Assembly: GCA_947627225.1 (NCBI GenBank)
Contig: CANQVB010000003.1
Location: 1-42,981 of the forward strand
Origin: an uncultured Bacilli bacterium
GTDB taxonomy: Bacteria; Bacillota_I; Bacilli_A; RF39; UBA660
Direction of reading: 5' to 3'
Length of the DNA stretch: 42,981 nucleotides
Every line of letters starts with the position of its first letter. Position 1 is the stretch's first letter. Under the pieces are notes generated by a model. That model was given only the letters and a program-made list of their open reading frames with translations, did no database searches and had not been told where the DNA came from. Both the position numbers and the translations under genes were made by a program. Below are positions 29,101-37,348 of the stretch, piece after piece.

Positions 29101-29888
29101 CAACCAAAGAAGAAACATCACAGGACTTAGAAAGAATTTTAGATACCAAAGAAATGGGAAGACCCGTTTATAGTAGTGATGGAAAAGATTACACATATTC
29201 ATGGTTTAAAGGCGCTCTTGCTGTAGATGATTTAGAGGATGGCGATTATAGAATCTATATTCTAACGGAATCAGATGATTATTTTGCCAAAACCGTTGTC
29301 AGCAACAAAGTTTTAAAACAACAGGTCGCAACCTATACAGGCAAAAAGACAGTAACCACTAGAAACAATTATCAAGATAGTCATGTTGCCTTAGAACTGA
29401 TAGTAAGAAATAAGGCAATTGCTCCAAAGACTGCGAATAGTGTCTATAACCAGTACAATCAATATCGTACACTTACCTTTGAAGATAATCTTTTACATCT
29501 AAAAGGTACTGCTTATTCCATGGGAATGAATCTTGCGAAAGATAAAACAGTAAAACGTGAAATTATCTTTGAAAATACCAAAAATTATGAACAATATCGG
29601 TATTCCATTGGTAGTACAACAGAAGGTCTTTATAAAGTCGGAACGACATTAGGAGATGGCTTTGATAAGACACGTGCTTGGTTTGATACAAAATTAGATC
29701 TTTCTAAAATTCCAAAGGGAAACTATGCCATTTATCTTGCGACAGAGAGCAATATTAGTGACTATGGCGAATTTACAGAATTACTTTTGAGATCTTTAGA
29801 CGATGTCAAAAAGGAAATAAATGGTAATACTTATTCTTTCACAGTAAGAAAGGACTTACGTTATAGAATTGAGCTTCATGTAACGTAA
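26136..29888 (+). CDS. Secreted GH73 (LytB-like) N-acetylglucosaminidase/autolysin with three Ig-like (DUF5011-type) repeats and a duplicated C-terminal domain
   Basis: Signal peptide ending in VFA; AQEKYGVNA..ALS...NETG (catalytic Glu), NNGFGLNAVDSSP, GMNVKYASD..W; repeats with A.D.EDG.LT. Confidence 0.85.
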   Translation: MQRKRLLLFGILLFAFAFTPDVFAFSSSNYRNKSLCGVFEVAGFHSDGVIDPVSCHGSYDAAKAWMRNNGADDLAILTKVNGVTEIIDANVALLDLTIPPDMTYFYTNPELSGYAYTYMDTGSLYGGVDGALLDASYSSSKGTWTAKVRTGNCTAWIEKRMYEIVPITWVRSSSSYTVTSESIRHNYVEKIQNTYNGSRGSTIGPKPSMLSAGTYYSYDGHYFYRDLTTMLKDYRNGTYQHAVNANNVYYNYYMYLSNHTRTSYSSVNIDEYIRNSLGVVGDANGTTAYGGRSRLYGKGTFFYYAQEKYGVNAVLALSLSRNETGNGTSNLAVNKNNGFGLNAVDSSPTESANWYASFAESILGYASKWITYGYAHPRDWRYFGPQFGDKWSGMNVKYASDTFWSEKMAANYYALDKAKGLQDYDYYQLGVATRQVNAMSDASNSSKFIYSYPEAEDAVVIVGEKKGESVNGNNLWYQVVSDLNIDSNYNEITSGNYNWNGTVYVPAAYIKKINQGKRGYVSPNSVTEYQDKYYTYDLYVENTVLKPKVAKTVKDTNYYYDPALTSQKSQNVVKDRYVMVYTTAYNKAGTPVSYLITSDYFYDQKEWVKADTIQFVDSDYGKVTISTGSNDYTWVNSVPQETANTVIGGQFNNSYVPILGQTTASDGRVWYKVPVDLNGTEQEFGWTLQASPGVAVTKLHAKADNHAPVIRAQNRSIVQGSKWDPKAGVSATDQEDGNLTAKLVVLKDAVQIDVPGTYEVIYSVTDKSNLKTTKTIQVTVTENKKPVLVAEDMKITIGKEFHEKEGVTANDAEDGDLTSKIVVTENKVNTKALGSYPVTYSVTDSYNQTTEKTITVTVIEDQKPEITTTTTTAYLNRDFEPLKIVKATDFEDGDLTKAVEVVKNDVDTTKIGPYEVTYRVRDSYGHEVTKTFTITVQEKQLEEKPGLFYFDSLKEEAGKLVIKGYHAIQGIDHKKDTAISYKLVFQNITTKEETSQDLERILDTKEMGRPVYSSDGKDYTYSWFKGALAVDDLEDGDYRIYILTESDDYFAKTVVSNKVLKQQVATYTGKKTVTTRNNYQDSHVALELIVRNKAIAPKTANSVYNQYNQYRTLTFEDNLLHLKGTAYSMGMNLAKDKTVKREIIFENTKNYEQYRYSIGSTTEGLYKVGTTLGDGFDKTRAWFDTKLDLSKIPKGNYAIYLATESNISDYGEFTELLLRSLDDVKKEINGNTYSFTVRKDLRYRIELHVT
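28248..28949 (+). repeat. Three tandem 234-bp (78-aa) Ig-like domain repeats
   Basis: Units start at 28248 (NHAPVI), 28482 (NKKPVL) and 28716 (DQKPEI); each has DxEDGxLT and GxYxVxYxVxD. Confidence 0.9.
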
Positions 29889-29889
29889 A

Positions 29890-29916
29890 AAAGCCAGTAC
29901 AAAATGTACTGGCTTT
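29890..29916. terminator. Bidirectional intrinsic terminator
   Basis: Perfect 12-bp stem AAAGCCAGTACA-AAA-TGTACTGGCTTT between convergent genes. Confidence 0.9.
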
Positions 29917-29926
29917 CTTGTATGGT

Positions 29927-31324
29927 TTAATTTTTGTTGTCTTCTGTTTGCTTGATAGGAACTGTACCTGGATAGGGCATAGGTGGGTTTGTAAAAAAAG
30001 AGTCAAGAGATGGGATGGTTATTTGCGGTGGAGAAACAGTATTTTTATTCTTGCTTTTCTCTTGCTTGAGATCCTCCTGTTTCTCTTCCTGTTTTTCTTC
30101 CTGTTTTTCTTTTGATTCTAATAGCACGTTTAAATCATCATCAATATCAATAATTCTATAAATTTCATCGAAGGAAGTAATTCCTGCCAAAACCTTATCT
30201 AACCCATCTTGTAACAGTGTAATTACGTCGGAGGTATAGACCATTTTACGAAGTTCATCACGCTCGAGTGTTTCATTATTTAAAGCATCTCGAATCGCAT
30301 CATTAATGACCAAGACTTCTTGCACTGCAATACGACCATGATATCCATGAATACAGTGTTCACAACCTTCTTCATTTGCTACATAAAGTTCTGTAACTTC
30401 TTTTCCGAGTGCTAATTGAAAGACTTTTTTCTGGTATGCATCAGGCGCTACTTTTTTACGACAATGTGGGCAGAGCATTTTTGCAAGACGCTGCGAAATA
30501 ATACCCGTTAAGGCACTGGATAACAAATATCGTTCTACGTTCATGTCCAAAAGACGTTCAATGGTACTTAAAGAATTATTGGTATGGACGGTTGATAAAA
30601 CTAAGTGTCCTGTAATGGAAGCCCGAACTGCAATTTTCGCTGTTTCACTATCACGAATTTCACCAATTAAGATAATATTCGGGTCCTGTCTTAGAATAGA
30701 ACGAAGTACCGTCGCAAAATCAAGACCAATTTCACTATTGACTTGCACTTGATTTAATCCTTCTATATTCATTTCAATAGGGTCTTCTACCGTAATAATA
30801 TTCGTCTCTGCCTTATTCAGTCGTTGCAAAATAGAGTAGACAGTGGTACTTTTTCCAGAACCCGTCGCACCAGTAATTAAAATAATGCCATTGGGTACTT
30901 CAATCATTCGTTTTAATTTTTCAAAGTTCGTATGACTAAATCCAAGTGATTCGATTCCAGATAAACTTCTTGTATAGTCTAAAATACGAATGACACACTT
31001 TTCTCCTTCATTCGTAGGAAGCGTAGAAACACGCATATCAAGAGAAAGGCCCCCAATGACTCCTTTAATCGCACCATCTTGAGGAAGCCTGTTTTCCGTA
31101 ATATTCATATTGGAAATTAGTTTAATACGGGTAATTAAATTTCTTTCATAAATTTTGGGAACACGTGTATAATCTTTTAAATCTCCATCTACACGAAAAC
31201 GAACCAACAAATCATTTTCTCTAGGGTCAAAATGAATATCACTTGCTTCCATATTAGCAGCACGTACAATAATATCATCTACAACTTTAATGACAGGAAC
31301 TTTTGTAAAATCATATGCTACCAT
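29927..31324 (-). CDS. pilB: Type IV pilus/T2SS assembly ATPase (PilB/GspE/ComGA family)
   Basis: ASDIHFDP, RFRVDG, RLPQDG, GATGSGKST, TVEDPIE, LRQDPN....GEIRD, TGHLVLSTVH, CPHC...CEHC zinc motif. Confidence 0.9.
   Translation of the reverse strand: MVAYDFTKVPVIKVVDDIIVRAANMEASDIHFDPRENDLLVRFRVDGDLKDYTRVPKIYERNLITRIKLISNMNITENRLPQDGAIKGVIGGLSLDMRVSTLPTNEGEKCVIRILDYTRSLSGIESLGFSHTNFEKLKRMIEVPNGIILITGATGSGKSTTVYSILQRLNKAETNIITVEDPIEMNIEGLNQVQVNSEIGLDFATVLRSILRQDPNIILIGEIRDSETAKIAVRASITGHLVLSTVHTNNSLSTIERLLDMNVERYLLSSALTGIISQRLAKMLCPHCRKKVAPDAYQKKVFQLALGKEVTELYVANEEGCEHCIHGYHGRIAVQEVLVINDAIRDALNNETLERDELRKMVYTSDVITLLQDGLDKVLAGITSFDEIYRIIDIDDDLNVLLESKEKQEEKQEEKQEDLKQEKSKNKNTVSPPQITIPSLDSFFTNPPMPYPGTVPIKQTEDNKN
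30075..30110 (-). repeat. 3 x 12-bp in-frame tandem repeat (EKQE) in the ATPase C-terminal tail
   Basis: Plus strand reads tcctgtttctct tcctgtttttct tcctgtttttct. Confidence 0.85.
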
Positions 31325-31400
31325 GAAAGAGCCTCCTTTTTACTCTAGTATTTTACTATAATTTATTATATAATATTTCTAAAGGATAGACAAGAGGTGA

Positions 31401-31907
31401 ATGAAAATGCGCTGTAAAACGAAAGGTTTTGTTCTTGTTGAAACGTTGATTGTTAGTGTTTTTATTATGGTTCTTTTGTCCCTTCTTTATGCAAATCTTT
31501 TCCCTGTCGTCGCAGAATATGAACGAAGAAAAAACTATGATACTGTAGAGGCAAAGTATATTGCACACTGGGCTAGAAAAATGTTAATCGATTCGGGAAA
31601 AGAAAATGCTTTTGTTCTTGTTGATGGTTATTTAGATGTTACAGATTGTAGTTATTATACCAATCCATCTTGGTGCGAAGAATTTAAAGAGATGAACCAG
31701 ATTTCCAAAATTTATATTACAAATTATAATTTACAAAACTTTAAAAATTATGTAAAAACAAGTAATCGCTTTGGAAGAAGCATGGAAGAATATATTGCAT
31801 CTTTACCAGATTATAAAGAAAAACCAGGCGTGTATCGCGTGATTGTCGAAGTGATTGGAAGCGATACAAATCAGATGATTTATGGAACAATCGAGGTGAA
31901 AAAATGA
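31401..31907 (+). CDS. Type IV prepilin-like protein (class III signal peptide)
   Basis: KTKG|FVLVE with Glu at +5 followed by a hydrophobic helix; Cys pair in the globular part. Confidence 0.8.
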   Translation: MKMRCKTKGFVLVETLIVSVFIMVLLSLLYANLFPVVAEYERRKNYDTVEAKYIAHWARKMLIDSGKENAFVLVDGYLDVTDCSYYTNPSWCEEFKEMNQISKIYITNYNLQNFKNYVKTSNRFGRSMEEYIASLPDYKEKPGVYRVIVEVIGSDTNQMIYGTIEVKK

Positions 31908-32386
31908 GATCAAGAAAAGGATTTACATCCATTGAATTATTAGTTTCTTTTGTCATTGTTTCTGCAATTACGATTAGTCTTTTCAGTGTAGTCTTAAATT
32001 ATCGCAACAAACAGCAAATTACTTCGTATGAAACCACGATCGATGCATACATCAATGAAATGACCAAATTAGTTCAAGACGATTTAATTAAAAAACATGT
32101 ATTTATTGTCGAGAAACGGGAAAATAATACTATCTTTTTTGGATTTACTCAGGCAGGAACAGGTTCAGCAAGTGCCATTTTTCAAGTTTCCAAAGACACC
32201 AACAGTTTGCGCTACGGACCAACAGATGCCACTGTCACGTATCCTGTTCCAAACATTCCTGATCTTAAGATAGAATCATTTCACTTTGAACAAGATGACT
32301 ACTTTTTCTCGATAGAAGTTGTCTTTTCACATCCAAACTTTAACGCCAATAAGAAATTACGCATTGTATCACCTTATGGATATTAA
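31904..32386 (+). CDS. Type IV prepilin-like protein (class III signal peptide)
   Basis: RKG|FTSIE with Glu at +5 and a hydrophobic helix; ATGA-coupled to the previous gene. Confidence 0.85.
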   Translation: MRSRKGFTSIELLVSFVIVSAITISLFSVVLNYRNKQQITSYETTIDAYINEMTKLVQDDLIKKHVFIVEKRENNTIFFGFTQAGTGSASAIFQVSKDTNSLRYGPTDATVTYPVPNIPDLKIESFHFEQDDYFFSIEVVFSHPNFNANKKLRIVSPYGY

Positions 32387-33316
32387 TAAGAGAAAAATCA
32401 TAACAGCAAGGCAAGTCGCTTCTATTCTTCCTTTCATAAAGATTCCATAAGAAAGTGTGCTATCTTTTAAAACATTCAAAACTTGCAGATGTACGGAAAA
32501 ACCACCAAAGGAAAGAAAAACTGTCGCCATAAGCCCTTTCATAAGTGGTATAATGCCTGGTGCTTGTAAGCGAAAGATACCACTCGTTAAATCTAAGATG
32601 CCAGTTAGGAAGCTTTTGAGATATAAATTGGGAACAAGTTTGGTACACATGGTTGCAAGAAGCATAAAAAAAGTAACAGAGCCCAACATAAAAAGCATGG
32701 TAGATAGAGCACTTTGAATGGCATCTAATACTTTCAGTCCAAACGAAGAAAAATCCTGGACTTTCTTTTTAAAGATGACAGGAAACGATGCATTTTGGCA
32801 TGTCTTTTTTTGGGCTTTTCCACGATGTAAAAAAGCAAGGACAAAGTTGGCGGCAATATGAGAAAAAAGAACACACAGCGTAAGGTTGTTATCCCGTAAG
32901 ACAAAAGCAACCGTAGAAAGTACGAAGAGGGGATTTGAAAAATGCACAAGTTGAAGTAGATGATTCGCCTCTTCTTTGGAAATTTCGTTTTGTTCAAATA
33001 AAAGCTTTGTATATTTAGGTCCACTGGGAAAGCCTGAGAGCATACTCATCAGAAGGAGAAAGGATGCCTTCCCGTTTAGGTGAAAGAGCATTTGAAAGGG
33101 TTTTTCAAAAAGTGTTGCCAAATAATTGGGAAGGCCTAAAAAAATTAAAATTTCCCCTAAAGCAAGAAAAGGAAACAGGGATGGAAATAAATTTTCACGC
33201 CACAATGTAAGGGATTCTTGTGCTACTTCTAAAGTCGTATTTCGCTCTTTTAAAAGAAAGCATAGAAAAAAGCAAAACATGATTAAAATTGTCAAATAAC
33301 CTAACTTTTTTTTCAT
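32369..33316 (-). CDS. ylbJ: YlbJ-like sporulation integral membrane protein
   Basis: W...LFPSLFPF, SMLSGFPSG, FSNPLF, GILDLTSG, SFGGFSVHLQV; divergent from ylbL as in Bacillus. Confidence 0.8.
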   Translation of the reverse strand: MKKKLGYLTILIMFCFFLCFLLKERNTTLEVAQESLTLWRENLFPSLFPFLALGEILIFLGLPNYLATLFEKPFQMLFHLNGKASFLLLMSMLSGFPSGPKYTKLLFEQNEISKEEANHLLQLVHFSNPLFVLSTVAFVLRDNNLTLCVLFSHIAANFVLAFLHRGKAQKKTCQNASFPVIFKKKVQDFSSFGLKVLDAIQSALSTMLFMLGSVTFFMLLATMCTKLVPNLYLKSFLTGILDLTSGIFRLQAPGIIPLMKGLMATVFLSFGGFSVHLQVLNVLKDSTLSYGIFMKGRIEATCLAVMIFLLLISIR

Positions 33317-33366
33317 AATTCAAAACCCTTCTGCTATAATAAAATTGAAAGAGGAGACGATTTGTC

Positions 33367-34389
33367 ATGTTCAAAAAAATAAGGGATACCATCAAACAAT
33401 ATATCCGAGAGAATTATCGTTTTTTAATTACGCTTCTTTGTCTTTATCTTTTTCTTGCTTTTCCTCTTCCATATTATATTTATACAGGCGGCGGAATTAT
33501 TCCTATCAAGGATCGGATTGAAATTGATACAGACAACAAAGAGAAGGGAAGTTTCAACCTTGCCTATGTAAGTGAAATAAGGGGAACTCCCTTTTATCTT
33601 CTTCTTTCTCATGTTTTCAAAGACTGGGAAGTGGTCAAGGAAGAAGACTATAAATTAAACGAAGAGGAAAGTGAAGAAGATATTTTATTCCGAAATAAGA
33701 TTGCTTTAGAACAAGCCAACCAAAATGCGATTCTTTTTGCGTATCAAAAAGCAGGAAAAAAGACGGAAGTTTTGCAAAAAAACTTTTATGTACTTTATAT
33801 CGATGACAATAAAAAAGCGCCTCTTCAAGTAGGAGATCAAATTGTAAACGTAGATGGAAAACCAATTTCTTCGTTAGCCATGTACCAAGAAATCGTGCAA
33901 AAATCTGCCGTCGGGGATAAAATCACTCTTTCGATTTTAAGAAAAGATAAGCCACAAAAGGTTTCTGTGGAAGTTTTTGTCAAAGAAGGAAGAAAAATGA
34001 CGGGTTTATCCATACAAGAAGTCGATGCTATCAAAACGAATCCTAAAATTTCTTTTCATTTTAAAGAAATCGAAAGTGGTCCATCCGGAGGACTCATGAT
34101 GGCACTTGCTATTTATAATCGTCTCACGAAACAAGATTATACAGCTGGTAAAAAGATTGTGGGAACAGGGACTTTAGAAGCAGATGGTACAGTTGGAGAA
34201 ATTGGAGGCGTGCTTTATAAACTGCGAGGTGCCGTGTCTAAGCATGCAGATATTTTTATTGTACCAAGTGGAGAAAATTACGAAGACTGTTTGGAAGAAG
34301 TACAAAAAAGAAATTATAAAATCAAACTACTTGCTGTCGATACTTTTGATGATGCAGTAAGCAAATTGAAAGAACTGAATAAAAACTAG
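33367..34389 (+). CDS. ylbL: YlbL-like membrane-anchored PDZ/Lon-type (S16) serine protease
   Basis: N-terminal TM + LPYYIY.GG, PDZ (LQVGDQI..VDG), GPSGGLM catalytic Ser, GEIGG...K catalytic Lys. Confidence 0.88.
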   Translation: MFKKIRDTIKQYIRENYRFLITLLCLYLFLAFPLPYYIYTGGGIIPIKDRIEIDTDNKEKGSFNLAYVSEIRGTPFYLLLSHVFKDWEVVKEEDYKLNEEESEEDILFRNKIALEQANQNAILFAYQKAGKKTEVLQKNFYVLYIDDNKKAPLQVGDQIVNVDGKPISSLAMYQEIVQKSAVGDKITLSILRKDKPQKVSVEVFVKEGRKMTGLSIQEVDAIKTNPKISFHFKEIESGPSGGLMMALAIYNRLTKQDYTAGKKIVGTGTLEADGTVGEIGGVLYKLRGAVSKHADIFIVPSGENYEDCLEEVQKRNYKIKLLAVDTFDDAVSKLKELNKN

Positions 34390-34460
34390 TTTTTTCTCTT
34401 GCTTCTTTCTTCTTGGTTAGAGTAAAATAAAAGTAGAAAACAGGAAGAAAGTGGTAAACA

Positions 34461-37016
34461 TTGAAACGTAGTGAAGTAGATCTTGAAAAAGTAAGCCCTA
34501 TGATGCGACAATATTTAGAAATTAAAGCACAATATGAAGATAGTATTGTCTTTTTTCGCTTGGGGGACTTTTATGAAATGTTTTTTGAAGATGCCATCAC
34601 AGCTTCAAGAGAACTAGAACTTGCCTTAACAGGAAAACAAGCAGGACTTTCTGAAAGGGTACCTATGTGTGGGGTTCCTTTTAAAGCCTACAGTACCTAT
34701 CTTGATAAATTGATAGAAAAAGGATATAAGGTTGCGATTTGTGAACAGTTAGAAGACCCAAAAACAACCAAAGAAATGGTAAAACGGGCGGTCATTCAAG
34801 TGGTCACCAAAGGAACGAGGCTTGATAGTTCGCTGGATGCAAGTGAAAATAATTTTTTAGCAAGTATCTATGATTTTGGATATTGTTATGTGCTATCTTA
34901 TGCTGATATTTCTACAGGAGAATTCTTTGCGATGCTCTTAGAAAAGGAAGAGGGAAAACTCATCCGGGAACTAGAGCGCTTTGGGGTTAAGGAACTCATT
35001 GTAAATGATGCATTTGACCGAATTCTCCTTCAGAAACTAAGGCAACAATATCAGTGGCTTATCTCGATTCAAGAGAATTTATCGGATGCCAAAGAATATG
35101 CTTTTCTTTATAAAGAGATCAAAGATGTTCGGATGCAAACGGGAATTAAGCATTTGCTGTTTTATCTTTTAGATACGAAGAAAGGGGACTTATCGCACTT
35201 ACAAAAGGTAAAAGTAATTCAGGAAAAAGATCACTTACAATTCAATGCCAATACCATGCGAAACTTAGAACTTGTAGAGACCATGCGAACACGCGAAAAA
35301 CAAAATAGTTTGCTAGGACTTTTAGATAAAAACAAAACAGCAATGGGAAGCAGGTTCCTAAGACAGTCCCTTGAAAATCCTTTAACTGATAAAGGCGAAA
35401 TTTTAAGGCGATATGACTTTATTGATACCTTGCGGGTCCAATTTATCTTACGAGAAGAATTAAAAGAAGCCCTCGATCAAGTCTACGATTTAGAGCGTTT
35501 ATCTGGAAGAATTGTTTATGGGAATTTAAACGCAAGAGATTTACTGCAACTCAAAAGTTCTCTTTCTGTTCTTCCTAAAATCAAAGAAATTTTAGAAAAT
35601 CTTGGGTATGATAAAAAAATAGATACCTTTGAAGAAGTCTATGCTCTTTTAGAAAAAGCTATTCATGAAGAAGCACCGCTTTCTATCAAAGAGGGAAACT
35701 TAATCAAAAGTGGTTATTCTGAAGAGTTGGATGAACTGAGAAAGATTCGAAGTGGTTCCAAAGATTTTCTTCTACAGTTTGAACAAGAAGAAAAAGAACG
35801 AACGGGTATTCGGACATTAAAAGTTGGTTACAACAAAATTTTTGGGTATTATATCGAAGTAAGCAAAGGACAAATTCCGCAAATTAAGGAAGAATTTGGT
35901 TATGAAAGAAGACAGACGCTTAGTAATTGTGAACGCTTTGTAACACCACTTTTGAAAGAAAAAGAAAATATCATTCTTGGCGCCGAAGAAAAAATTATAC
36001 AGCTTGAGTATCATCTCTTTATGGAAATTCGAGAGGTTGTAAAGCGCTTTATTGCACCTCTTCAAAAAACAGCGAAGATTTTAGCAGAAATCGATATGTT
36101 GCAAGCCTTTTCTTCGGTTTCTGATCACTATCACTTTGTAAGGCCTCATCTTACTTCAAAAAAAGAAATTAAAATTCTTGGGAGTAGACATCCTGTGGTA
36201 GAAAGAGTACTTAAGGAAAACTATGTTCCCAATGATATCATTATGGAAGAAGATGTTGATATTCTCTTAATTACAGGGCCTAATATGGCTGGGAAATCTA
36301 CCTATATGCGACAACTTGCCATTCTTGTAATTCTTGCCCAAATTGGCTGTTTTGTCCCTTGTGATTCCTGCACGATTCCTATTTTTGATAAGATTTTTAC
36401 GCGAATTGGGGCAAGTGATGATCTAGTAAGTGGTGAGTCTACTTTTATGGTGGAGATGAAAGAAGCGAATGAGGCTCTACAGGAAGCTACCGAAAAGAGC
36501 TTGGTTCTTTTTGATGAACTTGGAAGAGGAACCGCAACGTATGATGGAATGAGTCTTGCACAAGCGATTTTAGAGCACATCCACGATAAAGTACATTGTA
36601 AAACACTCTTTTCTACCCATTACCATGAACTTACGACGTTAGAACAAACTCTTCCAAGACTAAGGAATGTACACGTTTCTGCCAAAGAGGAAGATGGAAA
36701 GCTTATTTTCTTACACAAAGTGATGCGTGGTGCGGTAGATAAGAGTTATGGAATTCATGTCGCATCCCTTGCCAATCTTCCTACTTCGTTAGTGCAAAGA
36801 GCCAAAGAGATTTTAGATGTTTATGAAAAAGAAGAAGTGCATGAAAAAGTATTTACACAGACAAGTCTTTTTGAAGAAGTCGAGGAAGAAGTACCAAAAG
36901 AAGAGGATATTCTCAGGAAACGTCTTCTTGAACTAGAGCCTTTAAAGATGACACCAATGGATGCCATCAATACACTTTATGCTTTATGCGAAGAAGCCAA
37001 AGAAGAAAAGGAATAA
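34461..37016 (+). CDS. mutS: DNA mismatch repair protein MutS (MutS1)
   Basis: SPMMRQY, FFRLGDFYEMF, TGPNMAGKSTYMRQ, STFMVEM, DELGRGT, STHYHEL, SYGIHVA; TTG start. Confidence 0.98.
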   Translation: MKRSEVDLEKVSPMMRQYLEIKAQYEDSIVFFRLGDFYEMFFEDAITASRELELALTGKQAGLSERVPMCGVPFKAYSTYLDKLIEKGYKVAICEQLEDPKTTKEMVKRAVIQVVTKGTRLDSSLDASENNFLASIYDFGYCYVLSYADISTGEFFAMLLEKEEGKLIRELERFGVKELIVNDAFDRILLQKLRQQYQWLISIQENLSDAKEYAFLYKEIKDVRMQTGIKHLLFYLLDTKKGDLSHLQKVKVIQEKDHLQFNANTMRNLELVETMRTREKQNSLLGLLDKNKTAMGSRFLRQSLENPLTDKGEILRRYDFIDTLRVQFILREELKEALDQVYDLERLSGRIVYGNLNARDLLQLKSSLSVLPKIKEILENLGYDKKIDTFEEVYALLEKAIHEEAPLSIKEGNLIKSGYSEELDELRKIRSGSKDFLLQFEQEEKERTGIRTLKVGYNKIFGYYIEVSKGQIPQIKEEFGYERRQTLSNCERFVTPLLKEKENIILGAEEKIIQLEYHLFMEIREVVKRFIAPLQKTAKILAEIDMLQAFSSVSDHYHFVRPHLTSKKEIKILGSRHPVVERVLKENYVPNDIIMEEDVDILLITGPNMAGKSTYMRQLAILVILAQIGCFVPCDSCTIPIFDKIFTRIGASDDLVSGESTFMVEMKEANEALQEATEKSLVLFDELGRGTATYDGMSLAQAILEHIHDKVHCKTLFSTHYHELTTLEQTLPRLRNVHVSAKEEDGKLIFLHKVMRGAVDKSYGIHVASLANLPTSLVQRAKEILDVYEKEEVHEKVFTQTSLFEEVEEEVPKEEDILRKRLLELEPLKMTPMDAINTLYALCEEAKEEKE

Positions 37017-37293
37017 GATGTGTTTCAAATAGGGAATACACATAGAAATAAGCGGATTTAATTGTGATGATTATCGATACTTTTCTCTTTAAAAAAGTAC
37101 CAACTTGGAGTGGTTGTGTCACTACTACTTATGGCACACTGAAAGAAAATGACATCATTAAAATTACCAACAAAAATTTTACGCAATATTTTTCTTTCGC
37201 ATATGCATTATATCATAAAACACAAAAATCAATAAAATAAATACACATTTTGTAAAAAAAATGCAAAAAATAAAAATAAAATATGAAAAAGTA

Positions 37294-37322
37294 TTGCTTT
37301 TATATAAAAAACAGCATATACT
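37294..37322 (+). promoter_or_regulatory. Sigma-A-type promoter of the ATPase-RloB pair
   Basis: TTGCTT-17 bp-TATACT with A-rich upstream region; AAAGGAGG RBS follows. Confidence 0.7.
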
Positions 37323-37348
37323 ACTAATATAAAAAGGAGGAATATCCT

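Noticed and set aside
30075-30110. 12-bp repeat as CRISPR or phase-variation element
   Set aside because: In-frame, contiguous, three copies, no spacers; no CRISPR array or cas gene was seen anywhere in the window
37067-37240. 57-codon plus-strand ORF (MIIDTFLFKKVPTWSG...) and a possible decayed signal-peptide gene on the opposite strand
   Set aside because: No RBS, no recognisable motif and not MutL-like; cannot be distinguished from chance
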